In this document: positions 22,066 to 32,750 of the stretch, piece after piece
Layout of the letters: every line of letters starts with the position of its first letter
How positions within the stretch are numbered: the first letter of the stretch is position 1
Assembly: GCA_963817895.1 (NCBI GenBank)
Contig: CAWFQB010000001.1
Coordinates: 64,001-128,000, forward strand
From: an uncultured Chthonomonadaceae bacterium
GTDB lineage: Bacteria; Armatimonadota; Chthonomonadetes; Chthonomonadales; Chthonomonadaceae
Direction of reading: 5' to 3'
Length of the DNA: 64,000 nucleotides
Translations under genes and position numbers: made by a program
Notes under the pieces: model-generated
Seen by the model: the letters and a program-made list of their open reading frames with translations, nothing else
What the model was told of the DNA's origin: nothing
Databases searched by the model: none

Positions 22066-22989
22066 CTACTTCACCCAGGCGTTCCAGAGCAGTTGAAATG
22101 TCAGCACGAAGCCTAATCCAATCACGACGCGCCGGACGTTCTTCTGCCCAATGCGCCGCGCGATTCCCGCGCCCGCGTAGCCCCCGAAAATCGCGCCGCC
22201 TGCCATGAGTCCGGCTGTCGGATAGTCCACAAGATGCTTGAACACGAAAATAAGCGCGGCGATGCCGTTGATAAACAGCGTGAAGATGTTTTTCACGCCG
22301 TTCATCTGGTGAATGTTGGTAAAGCCGAGGAAGCCAAGCGCGGCCAGTGTCAAAATGCCGATTCCCGCGCCGAAGTAACCGCCGTAGATGGCAATGACAA
22401 AGGCAAGCAGGCCGATAGGCAGAGTTAATTTGCGGAACAGAGTGTTTGGCGCGGATGTGGTCGAAGCGGGAGTGGGCGTACTCGCTTCGGTTGGCGTGTT
22501 TGTGGAGGTGGAAGCGGTCAGGGGCGGCGAAGCGGCCTGCGCGGTTGTATCATTGGCTTCCGCGCTGTTTGTCGCTTGTGCCGCGTCCTGTGTGGCCTGC
22601 GCGAGTCGGGCGCGTTGTCGCCGCGAAAGTGGTTCCTGCGCCATAAACAGGGACGTGGCCGCAAGCACCAGAAACGGCACGAGTTTGTCAAACGTTTTGC
22701 TCGGCGTGACAAGCAGCAGAAATGCGCCGATTACCCCGCCAAGCAGTCCTAAAATCGTCAGGGGCAGAATGGCGTCGCGGGTCTGCCCAATCTCTTTGCG
22801 GTAGCCCCACAGACTGCTGAGTTGCCCCGGCCACAGCGCGACCGTGCTGGTGGCGTTGGCGATGATGGCGGGATGGCCCGTCGCGAGCAGGGCGGGAAAT
22901 GTCAGCAGCGTTCCGCCGCCCGCTACGGAGTTGACGGCCCCCGCCGTCATGGAAGCCAGAAACAGTATCAGGGAGTGTTGCCAGTTCAT
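22066..22989 (-). CDS. TauE/SafE family sulfite exporter with a low-complexity Thr/Ala loop insert
   Basis: [43 protein letters not shown]. Confidence 0.92.
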   Translation of the reverse strand: MNWQHSLILFLASMTAGAVNSVAGGGTLLTFPALLATGHPAIIANATSTVALWPGQLSSLWGYRKEIGQTRDAILPLTILGLLGGVIGAFLLLVTPSKTFDKLVPFLVLAATSLFMAQEPLSRRQRARLAQATQDAAQATNSAEANDTTAQAASPPLTASTSTNTPTEASTPTPASTTSAPNTLFRKLTLPIGLLAFVIAIYGGYFGAGIGILTLAALGFLGFTNIHQMNGVKNIFTLFINGIAALIFVFKHLVDYPTAGLMAGGAIFGGYAGAGIARRIGQKNVRRVVIGLGFVLTFQLLWNAWVK

Positions 22990-23154
22990 AACGGGATTTT
23001 CGGCAACGCGCCGTCAATATCCTGCCCGAATGTTGTTGTAGATAAACAGTCTGCCGGACGGACGCCAGAAACTGCGCATGTAATCCATTGGCGCCGACAC
23101 GCCCCGTTTTCTCGCCTGCTTGTCGGCTGCCATTGCGCAATCCGTGCCGACTCG

Positions 23155-23163
23155 TGCTATAAT
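23155..23163 (+). promoter_or_regulatory. Extended -10 element upstream of pdhA
   Basis: TGCTATAAT, with TTGCGC at 23133-23138. Confidence 0.45.
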
Positions 23164-23310
23164 GACGTGTACACAATCTTTATACCTGGTGAACACGGAC
23201 AGGAAAGGCGCAAGAAACGCTCTGCCTGCGCCGTCTTTTGCAGTGTCAGAAACGTATTAACCACGTATCTGCGCGACTCGGAAATAATCAAACTCGAGAG
23301 GATAGTATAG

Positions 23311-24321
23311 ATGGCCGATATTACCATGGAACGACCTGCGGAGGATGACCTCCAGCGCGATGAGTTGGTTGAGTCTTACCGCCTGATGCTTCTCATACGC
23401 CGCCTGGAAGAGTCCGTTTACCGCAAATTCCATGAAGCGAAAATCGGCGGCTATCTGCACCGCTACGATGGCATGGAAGCCCTCGTCGTCGGCGTTATCC
23501 CCCAATTGCAACTGCCCGGCGATTACGTGCTCTGCACCTACCGCGACCACGCCCACGCCCTCGCCTGCGGCACGTCCGCCCGGGCGGTCATGGCCGAACT
23601 GATGGGACGCGCGACCGGCTGCGCGATCGGCAAGGGCGGCTCCATGCACCTGACCGATCCCGAACGAGGCTTTCTGGGCGGCGACGGCATCGTGGGCGGC
23701 CCGGTTCCCGTTTCGCTCGGCGTCGGCTTTGCCCTGAAATACCGCAATACCAAAAACATCTGCGTGTGCTACTTCGGCGACGGCGCGATGAACCAGGGCG
23801 GCGTTCACGAATCGCTCAACATGGTCGGCTTGTACAAACTGCCCGTTCTCTACATTCTGGAAAACAACCAGTACGCGATGGGCACCTCCGTCGAGCGCTC
23901 CACCGGCCAGCCCGATTTTGTGCTGAAAGCCAAAGCGCACGGCATTGCCGGCGAACAAGTGGACGGCATGGACGTTCTTACCGTGCGCGACGCGGCCAAA
24001 CGCGCCCTCGAGCGCATCCGCGAAACGGGCGAGGCCTATTTCCTGGAAATGGACTGCGAGCGCTTTGTCGGACACGGCATCGGCGACGACAACACCAAAG
24101 GCTGGCAGACCTACCGCACCCAGGAGGAGATCGCGCGGCATCAAGGAACTGGACCCGCTCCGGAGACTGCAAGACATGCTCCTCGAAGACGGCTACCTGA
24201 CCCAACAAGACGTGGACAAGTACGAGCAGGAAGTTCACGAAGTGTCGAGGACGCCGTCGCCTTCGCCGAATCCAGCCCCGAACCGCCGCTCGACAGTTTG
24301 TATGAGAATGTATTTTCGTAG
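23311..24321 (+). CDS. pdhA: Pyruvate dehydrogenase E1 alpha (compensating frameshifts near the 3' end)
   Basis: IGGYLH, TYRDH, GKGGSMH, FGDGAMNQG...ENNQYAMGT TPP motif. Confidence 0.93.
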   Translation: MADITMERPAEDDLQRDELVESYRLMLLIRRLEESVYRKFHEAKIGGYLHRYDGMEALVVGVIPQLQLPGDYVLCTYRDHAHALACGTSARAVMAELMGRATGCAIGKGGSMHLTDPERGFLGGDGIVGGPVPVSLGVGFALKYRNTKNICVCYFGDGAMNQGGVHESLNMVGLYKLPVLYILENNQYAMGTSVERSTGQPDFVLKAKAHGIAGEQVDGMDVLTVRDAAKRALERIRETGEAYFLEMDCERFVGHGIGDDNTKGWQTYRTQEEIARHQGTGPAPETARHAPRRRLPDPTRRGQVRAGSSRSVEDAVAFAESSPEPPLDSLYENVFS

Positions 24322-24431
24322 GTAGATAAGTAGATGGGTAGATAAGTAGGATCATCCTATTACACATCTAATCCGCAATAATGAGGAAGGCTTTCATCTC
24401 GCCTACCTGTCTACTTATCTACTTATCTACC
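24318..24431. repeat. Inverted GTAGATAA array element between pdhA and pdhB
   Basis: GGTAGATAAGTAGAT ... TCTACTTATCTACTTATCTACC. Confidence 0.8.
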
Positions 24432-24445
24432 TTCTGGAGACTTGA

Positions 24446-25424
24446 ATGTCTGAAATGCGTTATCAGGAGGCGCTTCGACTCGCGATGACCGAGGAGATGG
24501 AGCGCGATGAAGATGTGTTTATTTGTGGGGAAGAGGTCGGGCAGTATCAGGGTACGTACCGCGTGACCGAGGGGATGCTGCAAAAATTCGGGCCGAAGCG
24601 CGTGGTGGATACGCCCATCAGCGAGATCGGCATTGCCGGCCTGGCAACGGGCGCGGCGATGGTCGGGATGCGCCCGGTCGCCGAGTTCATGACGTGGTCG
24701 TTCGCCCTGGAAGCGATGGATCAGCTGGTCAACCACGCCGCCAAAATCACGTACATGTCGGGCGGGCGCATCCAATGCCCCGTCGTGTTTCGCGGCCCGG
24801 CGGGCGTCGGCACGCAGTTGTCCGCGCAGCACTCGCAGAGCCTGGAATCGTGGTACGCGCACACGCCCGGCTTCAAAGTGGTGATGCCCGCCACGCCGGA
24901 AGACGCCAAGGGACTGCTGAAAACCGCCATCCGCGACAACAACCCGATCATCTTCATGGAACACGCGGGACTGTACGGCTTGAAGGGCGAAGTGCCGGAA
25001 GACCCGGAATTTCTGGTTCCGTTCGGCCAGGCCGCTGTGCGGCGCGAAGGCAAGGACATTTCGCTTGTCTCCTATTCGCGCGGCGTCCATCTGTGCCTGA
25101 AAGCGGCGGAAGCGCTGGCGAAAGACAAGATTGACTGCGAAGTGATTGACCTGCGCACCCTCGTTCCGCTCGATATGGATACGGTTGTCACATCCGTTCG
25201 CAAAACCCACCACGCGGTAGTGGCGCAGGAAGAGTGGAAAAACGTCGGCTTCATGGCGGAACTCGCGGCGCGCATCTACGAGCAGGCGTTCGACGAACTG
25301 GACGCGCCCGGTCGAGCGCGTAGGCGGCGCGGACGTGCCCATGCCCTACGCCAAAAACCTGGAACGCGCCGCCATCCCCACCTCCGACGACGTCGTCGCC
25401 GCCGTCAAACGCGCATTGGCATAA
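24446..25424 (+). CDS. pdhB: Pyruvate dehydrogenase E1 beta (frameshift near 25310)
   Basis: [42 protein letters not shown]. Confidence 0.94.
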
Positions 25425-25428
25425 GGAG

Positions 25429-25541
25429 GGTGTTCGGTGTTCGGTGCTCGGTATTCGGTGAAATTGTATCTTCTACCTCATTATTGCAGGTATGGTGAAT
25501 ACAGGGATTTACCGAACACCGAACACCTGAACACCGAATAC
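25429..25541. repeat. Inverted GGTGTTC array element between pdhB and pdhC (related arrays near 2640, 37112, 43590)
   Basis: (GGTGTTC)n ... (GAACACC)n. Confidence 0.8.
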
Positions 25542-25558
25542 CCACAGAGGTACTCTGC

Positions 25559-26901
25559 ATGGCTGAAATTACGATGCCCAAAATGGGCGATGGAATGGAA
25601 GAAGGCACGATCAACAGTTGGCTGAAAAAGGAGGGCGATCAGGTCAAGGCGGGGGACGCCATTGCCGAAGTCGAAACCGACAAAGCCAACGTGGAGATCG
25701 CCGCTTATGAGACGGGTATGCTGTCCAAAATCATCGTGCAGGTCGGGCAGACGGTTCCCGTCGGCGCGGTAATCGCCGTTATCGGCAGCGCGACGGCGGC
25801 AAGCCAGACGCCCGCGAAAGCCAACGGCGGCAAGCCTGAACCGTCGGTCACTCCTGCTGGCGCCAACAAAGGCGGGGTGAAGAGGGCAGCAATACGCCCC
25901 TGATTCCTACCGGCAACGGCTCCGGCAGTAATGGGCATGGACAGCCTTTACGCCACGCTGACAGCCTCGCCCACCACCGAGCGCGTGAAAGCCTCCCCGC
26001 TGGTTCGCGCAATGGCGAAAGAGATGGGCCTGGAACTGGCGGCGATTTCCGGCACCGGGCCGGGCGGGCGCATCGTGCAGCGCGACGTAATGGCGTACCT
26101 GGAAACCCGCGACGAGCAGACTCTGCTGCGTCCTGCTGCCGCTCCGCCAACGCGCAAGTGGGAACCGCGTCCGTTGCGCCGGTTGCTTCCGCTACCTCAG
26201 ATGCGGACACCACGCAGGAGATCGCCACGTCCAACATGCGCAAGGCGATTGCCAAGCGCACCGTGCAAAGCAAGCAGAACACGCCCCATTTCTACGTCAC
26301 GATGCTGATCGAGATGGATCGCGCGCTGGCCCTGCTCAAAGAACTGAATGCGGACGCGGCGAAGGACGAAAAGTCACGGTCAACGACATCATCGTGAAAG
26401 CCTGCGCCCGCTCGCTCGCCAAAGTGCCGGAAGTGAACGCGACATGGACGCCGGAAAACACCATTCGCCGCTACGCGGAAGCGCATATCGGCATGGCGGT
26501 CGGCATCGACGACGGCCTGATTATCCCGGTCGTGCGCGACTGCCACAAGAAAACCCTGCGCCAAATCTCCGTCGAAGCCAAGCAGTTGATTACCAAAGCC
26601 CGGAACAATCAACTGAAGCCGGAAGAGTATCAGGGCGGCACGTTCAGCGTGTCCAATCTGGGCATGATGGGCGTGGACGAGTTCATCGCCATCATCAACC
26701 CGCCGGAAGCGGCGATTCTCGCCATCGGCGGCATTGCCCGCGAACCCGTTGTGGTCGGCGATGCGCGACGAAATCGTGATTCGCTCCCGCATGAAAGTGA
26801 CGATCAGCGCCGATCACCGCCTGCTCGACGGCGTAGTAGCCGCCCGCTTCCTGCAGGAAGTGAAAAAAGCGCTCGAAGCGCCCTTCTCGCTCCTTTCCTA
26901 A
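25559..26901 (+). CDS. pdhC: Dihydrolipoamide acetyltransferase E2 (frameshifted)
   Basis: Lipoyl ETDKA, E3-binding GTGPGGRI, GGTFSVSNLG, SADHRLLDG. Confidence 0.94.
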
Positions 26902-26926
26902 AATCTGTAACGTTTGTGTTTGCGCG

Positions 26927-26967
26927 AACGCCCGTTCTGATTCATCACAACGGGCGTTTTACCTTTT
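26927..26967 (+). terminator. Intrinsic terminator of the pdh operon
   Basis: AACGCCCGTT/AACGGGCGTT stem followed by a T-rich tail. Confidence 0.7.
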
Positions 26968-27002
26968 CTCTTAAGAAGCGCCTATTCTGAGCAGGTAACA
27001 CG

Positions 27003-27277
27003 ATGCCACATTCACATTTCAGCAGTGAAGACATAGGCCGTCTTGGTAAAGAACTTTACGAACAACGCATCCGCGCGTAAGTAGAGACAGAGGAAAATAT
27101 CGGCAAATTGCTCTCCGTTGACATCGAAACAGGTGACTATGAAATTGGCGATGACCGTAGTTTAGACGCGCCTCGCCGCCTGCATCAGAAGCATCCCGGC
27201 GCGGCTGTCTATACCCTGCGCATTGGTTACAATGCGTTTACGCCTTTGGCGGAAACTTGGAACGTATAGTCCCATGA
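27003..27277 (+). pseudogene. Small conserved hypothetical protein with internal TAA and a 3' frameshift
   Basis: MPHSHFSSEDIGRLGKELYEQRIRA*VETEENIGKLLSVDIETGDYEI...RIGYNA; TAA at 27078-27080. Confidence 0.65.
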
Positions 27278-27324
27278 GAACGTCCGGCCTGAATGTTCAG
27301 GCCGGACGTTTTTGCATTTGCATC

Positions 27325-28146
27325 TTATACGGGCGCGGAGGTTTCGTCCTTCTCTTCCACTGCCCATGCGCCGTGTTCGTCTTCGGGCGCTTCGCCGGGA
27401 AAGGTGGTTTCCCACGGTTTGCGGGGCGGGCGCGGGTGACGCGGCTTGCCCCTGCGCGGCGGGCGAACAATGACTATGGGCGGAGTTCCGCGATAATGGC
27501 TGCGCTTGCGCTCGTTTTCCTCTTCCAGCAGCGTGTCTGACAGAGCCTTGCCCACCGCGTAGGCAACCGGGTCGCTTGCCATAATTTGTACGATGCGGTG
27601 TTCTCGTTCCATGCGCTCTGTCGCGCTCAATACCGCATCCAGCGCTCTGCCGTTGTGCAGCAGCGAGATCAGAATGGCAAGTTCCGGGGCTACGCTCTCA
27701 TCGCCCGCAACCGCCGCTCGAATTTGTTTGTGCAGTTTTTCCACATACGCGGGTTCCAGCACGGGATAGGTTGTCCAGCGTACCACCCACAGGGCGCGGT
27801 GGTCGCTTGCCGTCAGAATACCGCGCTCGGTCAGCCGTTCCCCTAAAATCCGCACCGGTTCCGATTGACTGGTATACAGGTGGCGTATCCACCAGGCCAG
27901 GGGTTTGGAACGCGCTGTGAGTCCGAAGCGGACAAAAACATCGTCTATGGCGCGGTCACCAAGCGGCTGCGTTTGCCGCACCTTGACGCGGTTGAGTTCC
28001 ACTTCCAGCCGTTTTTGGCGCAGCAGTTCGGCCAATGCCGCGCCACTGAGCATGTCGCGGAAGTTGCGCGTGTGCAGTTCGCCCGTGCGCGGCTGAACGC
28101 AGAGCAGCAATAGTTGTTCTTGCAGCGTCAATTTGATTTCCGGCAT
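27325..28146 (-). CDS. GPP34/GOLPH3-like family protein
   Basis: LTLQEQLLLL, GAALAELL...RL, LTERGIL, TYP. Confidence 0.8.
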   Translation of the reverse strand: MPEIKLTLQEQLLLLCVQPRTGELHTRNFRDMLSGAALAELLRQKRLEVELNRVKVRQTQPLGDRAIDDVFVRFGLTARSKPLAWWIRHLYTSQSEPVRILGERLTERGILTASDHRALWVVRWTTYPVLEPAYVEKLHKQIRAAVAGDESVAPELAILISLLHNGRALDAVLSATERMEREHRIVQIMASDPVAYAVGKALSDTLLEEENERKRSHYRGTPPIVIVRPPRRGKPRHPRPPRKPWETTFPGEAPEDEHGAWAVEEKDETSAPV

Positions 28147-28274
28147 AGCAACCTCCAAAATAGGTTGTTAGTTGTTAGGTTGTTAGGTTATAGAGTTCTC
28201 AGGAAAGACCACCATCTTCCCACATTGAAGGCGAAACGAACTCACTTGAACCTGACAACCTAACAACTAACAAC

Positions 28275-29384
28275 CTACAACCTCGTTGTTCTTGACAGCC
28301 AGCGCGTTTCGCCGCGCATCCGGGCCGTCAGCCAATTCTGATCCGCGCCAAAACCGGTCAAGAGCGCGGCTCCCAATCCGCCAAGGGCAAGGGCGAATTC
28401 CAGCAGCAGGCCGACAATACCCAATCCCTGATTGATTCGGCCCAATCCCGCATTTATCAGGAAGAACGCGCCCAATCCCATTGCGATTTGTATCCACATT
28501 CCGATACCGCCCGCCCGTCCGAAACGACGCGCCACGCGCTGCCCGATGTAGCGCATCCCGCAAATCCAGCCGAACGCCAGCGCGCCCAAGCACAATCCCG
28601 CGAACCCCGCCGCGAACGGCAGCCAGATGAAATGGAACGGCGACCGCATTAAGCCGGAACTGAACCACAGGCCAACCAGCATCGCGCCCGAACCTAACAC
28701 GCCGACCACAAGGCAGCGTCCGGGTTCCTGCGTCAAACTTTCGCCGGTTCGCTCTGTGGCGCGCGGCGCGACAATCAACGCCAACACACCCGCCAGGCCG
28801 CCAAGCAGCATCAGCGCGAACTGCCCACCCGCCCAATCGTCTTTGGGTTTGTCGCGCCGGACTGTTGATGTTGAAGGAGAAGATGTCTGCGCTTTTGGCT
28901 GTGTTGCCTGTGGCGCAACGGGTATGCGGGCAGATGTTTCCGTGTCCAGATCGTAAATCAAGTCTACGCTCTGTTGCGTATAGCGAACCTGCCCATGCGT
29001 TTCATCTATAATGTCGCCACCAACAGCTGTTAAAGCGTTACCGACGCTTGCTCCGGGTTTGATGATGACATGGCAGTTGATAGCGAGAACGTCATCGGTT
29101 ACATGACCAGCCAGAATCAACGTTTTTTCGCGCGCCACCAGAAAAGGCAGCGTCTGGTCAGCGGCCAGTTCATACGGCGGCAGCCAGCCTTTTTCGTGAC
29201 GCGCGGCAGGATCAATCGGCAAGGGACGCAACGCCTGTTCCGACGTATTCGGATTCGGATGCCACGCCTGCTCTACGGGGGGAGGCGCAGACGGCCTGTT
29301 GTCAGGCTGCTGCGCGCCTGCCGGGTAGAGGGTGGCAGCCAAAAGAGAGACCAGCGCCATCAAAGCCGTAATCAGTCGGTGCAT
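28275..29384 (-). CDS. Signal peptide + bactofilin-like repeat region + multi-TM membrane protein
   Basis: GHVTDDVLAINCHV...VGNALTAVGGDI, then about 6 TM helices; third gene of the sigma operon. Confidence 0.7.
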   Translation of the reverse strand: MHRLITALMALVSLLAATLYPAGAQQPDNRPSAPPPVEQAWHPNPNTSEQALRPLPIDPAARHEKGWLPPYELAADQTLPFLVAREKTLILAGHVTDDVLAINCHVIIKPGASVGNALTAVGGDIIDETHGQVRYTQQSVDLIYDLDTETSARIPVAPQATQPKAQTSSPSTSTVRRDKPKDDWAGGQFALMLLGGLAGVLALIVAPRATERTGESLTQEPGRCLVVGVLGSGAMLVGLWFSSGLMRSPFHFIWLPFAAGFAGLCLGALAFGWICGMRYIGQRVARRFGRAGGIGMWIQIAMGLGAFFLINAGLGRINQGLGIVGLLLEFALALGGLGAALLTGFGADQNWLTARMRGETRWLSRTTRL

Positions 29385-29411
29385 CCGTAATCTTTCCTTT
29401 GCAAACGTATA

Positions 29412-30284
29412 TTATAATCGCATTTGTACGCTGCGACGACGGTTGTTGAGATACATATACGCGACGGCGCATACCGCAACGTCCATCCCCAGTCCAACCG
29501 CTGCCATCGTACCCATCGCGTGATAGGTATGACTGAGCATCGCGTTTGCCTGCGCCAGCGCGGAGAAAATAAGGCCGAATATCCAGGTGACAACGGGAAC
29601 GCTGCGCAATACGTCTGCCGTCTGTCCGAGCCATGCGCTGACGATATTCACGTTCGCGCCCATCGCGCCCAGCATTTGCCGTCCCCATGCGGTGGACAGG
29701 CAATAGGCAAGCAGACCGGACATCAGGCTTCCCGCTGTTACGCGCTGCATCAGTTGGGAGCGGGTCTGCGTCTGCTGCGTTTGCGTGGTGGACAGGGTTT
29801 CCCGCGTATGAAGCGCCAGCGTCTTTTGTTCAATGGTTTGCTCGGCGGCCACTTTCACGCGAATGGACGCGACGGCCTGCGTATGCGCGGCTGTTTTGCC
29901 AGGCGTCTGCGGCGACACAACATTTTGGGCAAAGGGCGCGTTCTGCTGCTCGATGCGCTGCATCACCAGCCCGGAGAAATCGCGCGGCAGAGCGACGGGC
30001 GGCAGGTTTTCCACGAGGGCGACGACGTTTTGCATCTCCTCCCATTCCTGCGCGCAGTGGCGGCAGAGGGCCAGATGCCCATGTATGCCTGCGGCCTGTT
30101 CGGGGCGGACGCTGCCGTCATTATCCAGCAGATAGGAGAGTTGTTCGCAAACCCAGGCGCACAAAGCGTCCTGAGACACATTCTGTTGTTGTGGCTGCTG
30201 AACAGTCTGCGGCGGATTTACCGGCTGTAGATACTTTTTCCAGTTCTGCTGTTCCGGCTCGTTATGTTCAAATTTATTTTCCAT
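29412..30284 (-). CDS. Zinc-binding (zf-HC2) membrane anti-sigma factor
   Basis: C...HLALCRHC (HxxxCxxC), LPRDFSGLVM, C-terminal TM helices; overlaps the sigma stop. Confidence 0.85.
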   Translation of the reverse strand: MENKFEHNEPEQQNWKKYLQPVNPPQTVQQPQQQNVSQDALCAWVCEQLSYLLDNDGSVRPEQAAGIHGHLALCRHCAQEWEEMQNVVALVENLPPVALPRDFSGLVMQRIEQQNAPFAQNVVSPQTPGKTAAHTQAVASIRVKVAAEQTIEQKTLALHTRETLSTTQTQQTQTRSQLMQRVTAGSLMSGLLAYCLSTAWGRQMLGAMGANVNIVSAWLGQTADVLRSVPVVTWIFGLIFSALAQANAMLSHTYHAMGTMAAVGLGMDVAVCAVAYMYLNNRRRSVQMRL

Positions 30285-30898
30285 CTGGTTCCACTTCCAA
30301 TACGGGGCGCAGGCGCTCACGGAGCATTTCTCTGGCCCGAAATAGATGTGTTTTCACCGTGCCTGTCGGCATGTCTAAGGCGCCGGCAATCTCATCTACG
30401 CTCATATCCTGCAAATGGCGCATGGTCACGACGATACGGTAGCGTTCCGGCAGGTTTTTGATGGCGCGCTGCACCACCTCCTGCACGCTGCCGCGCATAG
30501 CCGCCTCTTCCGGCCCGCAGGCGCGGGCAGTCGGCGGCGGGTTCGCGGCCTTCGGCCAGTTCCACGTCGAGAGAAAGCGCGCCTTTCGCTTTACGCGAGC
30601 GCAAATGGTCAATGCAAAGGTTGGAGGCGATCTTGTACAGCCAGGTCAAAAAACTGGCGTCCTGACGGAACGTGCCTAACGCGTTGTAGGCGCGTATAAA
30701 TGTCTCCTGCACCAGATCGCCGGCGTCTTCCGCGTTTCCCAACATGCGGTACGCCAGGTTGTAGACCTGTCGCTGATAGCGCTGCACGAGACTGTTATAT
30801 GCCTGAGTGTTCCCGCATAGCGTCAGCTTTACGAGTTCGGCATCGGTTTGTTCCACCAGCGTGATCGTCCTCGTTTCCCCCTTTACGAGCGCTTTCAT
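30274..30898 (-). CDS. ECF RNA polymerase sigma factor (SigW-like; frameshift near 30520)
   Basis: DAGDLVQETFIRAY, FLTWLYKIASNLCID, EIAGALDMPTGTVKTHLFRAR. Confidence 0.93.
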
Positions 30899-31128
30899 GC
30901 CGACTACGAGCAAAGGAGAGGAAGGGTTTCGTAAAATTTCTTGTTTGTTGTCCACGGAACGCGCCTTTTTCATGCAAACAGTTTAGCCGCGAATACACGC
31001 GAATGAACGCAAATGAGAACGGAGAATGGATGGCTTTGCTGTTTCCGCGCTTACGGGGGAACAGGACGTGCGAATGCAGGACGCGCTACCACAAGTTTAC
31101 ATACGCGCTTATAATTTTCTTTCGGCGC

Positions 31129-31165
31129 AAAAAACCCTGCGCTGTTTTAGAAACAGCGCAGGGTC
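31129..31165 (-). terminator. Intrinsic terminator after the fasciclin gene
   Basis: ACCCTGCGCTGTTT/AAACAGCGCAGGGT stem; T run on the minus strand. Confidence 0.7.
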
Positions 31166-31181
31166 TTCACAACATCAGCAG

Positions 31182-31295
31182 GCTTTAGAGCCTCTCCCAG
31201 TAGGCCGGGAACAAAGAACGTACCCGTCTGAGTGGCCTACGGCCAAGCGTCCTTCGGACGCAAATGCAATCGCCTATTGGGAGAGGCTCTAAAGC
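31182..31295. mobile_element. MITE-like element with 24-bp terminal inverted repeats
   Basis: GCTTTAGAGCCTCTCCCAGTAGGC ... GCCTATTGGGAGAGGCTCTAAAGC (1 mismatch); no coding capacity. Confidence 0.6.
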
Positions 31296-31300
31296 AAAGA

Positions 31301-31829
31301 CTACATTTTGCTTTTGCTCATCTTGCCGGATGTGGGCGGCATAATCACGGCGTTGATGACGTGGATCACGCCGTTGTCGGCGGCGATGTCGGCTTTGATC
31401 ACTTTGGCCTGATTGACCATCACGGCGTCTTTGGTGTGCGTGACTTTGATTTGCGGGCCGGCGAGGGATGCCACTTCGCTCGGGCGTTTTCATCTTCAGC
31501 ACATCGGCGGCCATCACTTTGCCCTTGACCACATGGTACTTGAGCAGGTCGGCCAGTTTGTCCTTGTTTTCGGGCTTGGCGAGAAAGTCCATCGTCTTTT
31601 TGGGAACCTTCTTGAACGCTTCGTCGGTGGGCGCGAACACGGTGAGTTCGTCGGTGCCGGTCAGGGCGTCGGTCAGTCCGGCGGCTTTGACCAGACTGAG
31701 CAGGGTCTTGAAATTCCCGGCTTTGGTGGCGACTTCGGCGATGTTGTCGGCCTGCGCGCGCAGCCCGGTCACGAACGTCAGGGACAGCAGCAATGCCGGT
31801 AAAACAGTGGCTTTAGAAAACATTTTCAC
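31301..31829 (-). CDS. Secreted fasciclin (FAS1) domain protein (frameshift near 31480)
   Basis: Signal peptide; TVFAPTDEAF, LLKYHVV, NGVIHVINAVIMP. Confidence 0.93.
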
Positions 31830-31997
31830 GAGAACAACTCCTTGAACAGAGAACGAGTGCAGAGTGACATCAAGAACAACACATATCGGAAAATCCCCGA
31901 TAATATATCATTAATGACTGATGTACGCCCCGCGAACGAACAAACGTTCCCGCACAGAAGCCGCATGGTCAAATACCGCCATTTTCACCTTAAAATG

Positions 31998-32645
31998 TTA
32001 ATGCGATCCCGGTTTTACCACCCTGCCTATCATGTCTACTTTGCCGACATGCCCATCCAGAAAGAGCATGAAGTTTATGGGAGGCGTTATTGAGGAACCA
32101 TGTCGGGGAGGATCGGCAAGCCCTGCCCTGCCGGACGCATGCGCATTGCGAATCATCAGGCGCGTATCGTAGCACAGCGCCGTGTCCGACTTCACCGGAA
32201 ATACGCTCAACGGGTTGTTTGCCAGATTATCATTATAAGCGTAGCTGTAGGCCACGCTGCTGCTCTGTCGAACAAGGGTGCAATCGTAGTGCTTGAGCGC
32301 GTTTAGCCCGCCCATAGGGCGCGTATACTGGACAGTGCAGTCTATCCACGCATCAGCGCGCGGCAGGCGTTCATCCCAATCGGCTGCGTACATCTGTATC
32401 GCCACGCCTATCTCCTTCAAATTCACCGCGCAGGGTTTACTGCTGCCGCTGCGTGGATTTACGAAAACAGGGAAAAGGATGAGAGTGAAAACGACAAGGC
32501 ACAGGGCGCATATCAGCATCTCGAACGGACGCGACAGTTTACGTTCCGGGCGGGTTCTGGTCAAGGCGTAGCGTTCACGTTTTAGCCACAAGCGCAGTCG
32601 GTTTCGACGCGACAATTGTGAGTTGGGCAGAGGCAGATTGTTCAC
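31998..32645 (-). CDS. Prepilin-like DUF1559/H-X9-DG protein
   Basis: LILFPVF, C..NLKEIGVAIQMYAADWDERLP, SYAYN, RH...NFMLFLDGHV. Confidence 0.8.
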   Translation of the reverse strand: MNNLPLPNSQLSRRNRLRLWLKRERYALTRTRPERKLSRPFEMLICALCLVVFTLILFPVFVNPRSGSSKPCAVNLKEIGVAIQMYAADWDERLPRADAWIDCTVQYTRPMGGLNALKHYDCTLVRQSSSVAYSYAYNDNLANNPLSVFPVKSDTALCYDTRLMIRNAHASGRAGLADPPRHGSSITPPINFMLFLDGHVGKVDMIGRVVKPGSH

Positions 32646-32724
32646 GGTATACCTCCCATACAGTCAGCGCAGCAATGAATGAATTGTTTCGAAGGCTGAA
32701 AACCCCGTCTCAGTGGCGTTTCGT

Positions 32725-32750
32725 GTAGGGACATAACATGTTATGTCCTC
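32725..32750 (+). repeat. GTAG-type REP-like palindrome
   Basis: GTAG followed by the perfect 20-bp palindrome GGACATAACATGTTATGTCC (32729-32748). Confidence 0.55.
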
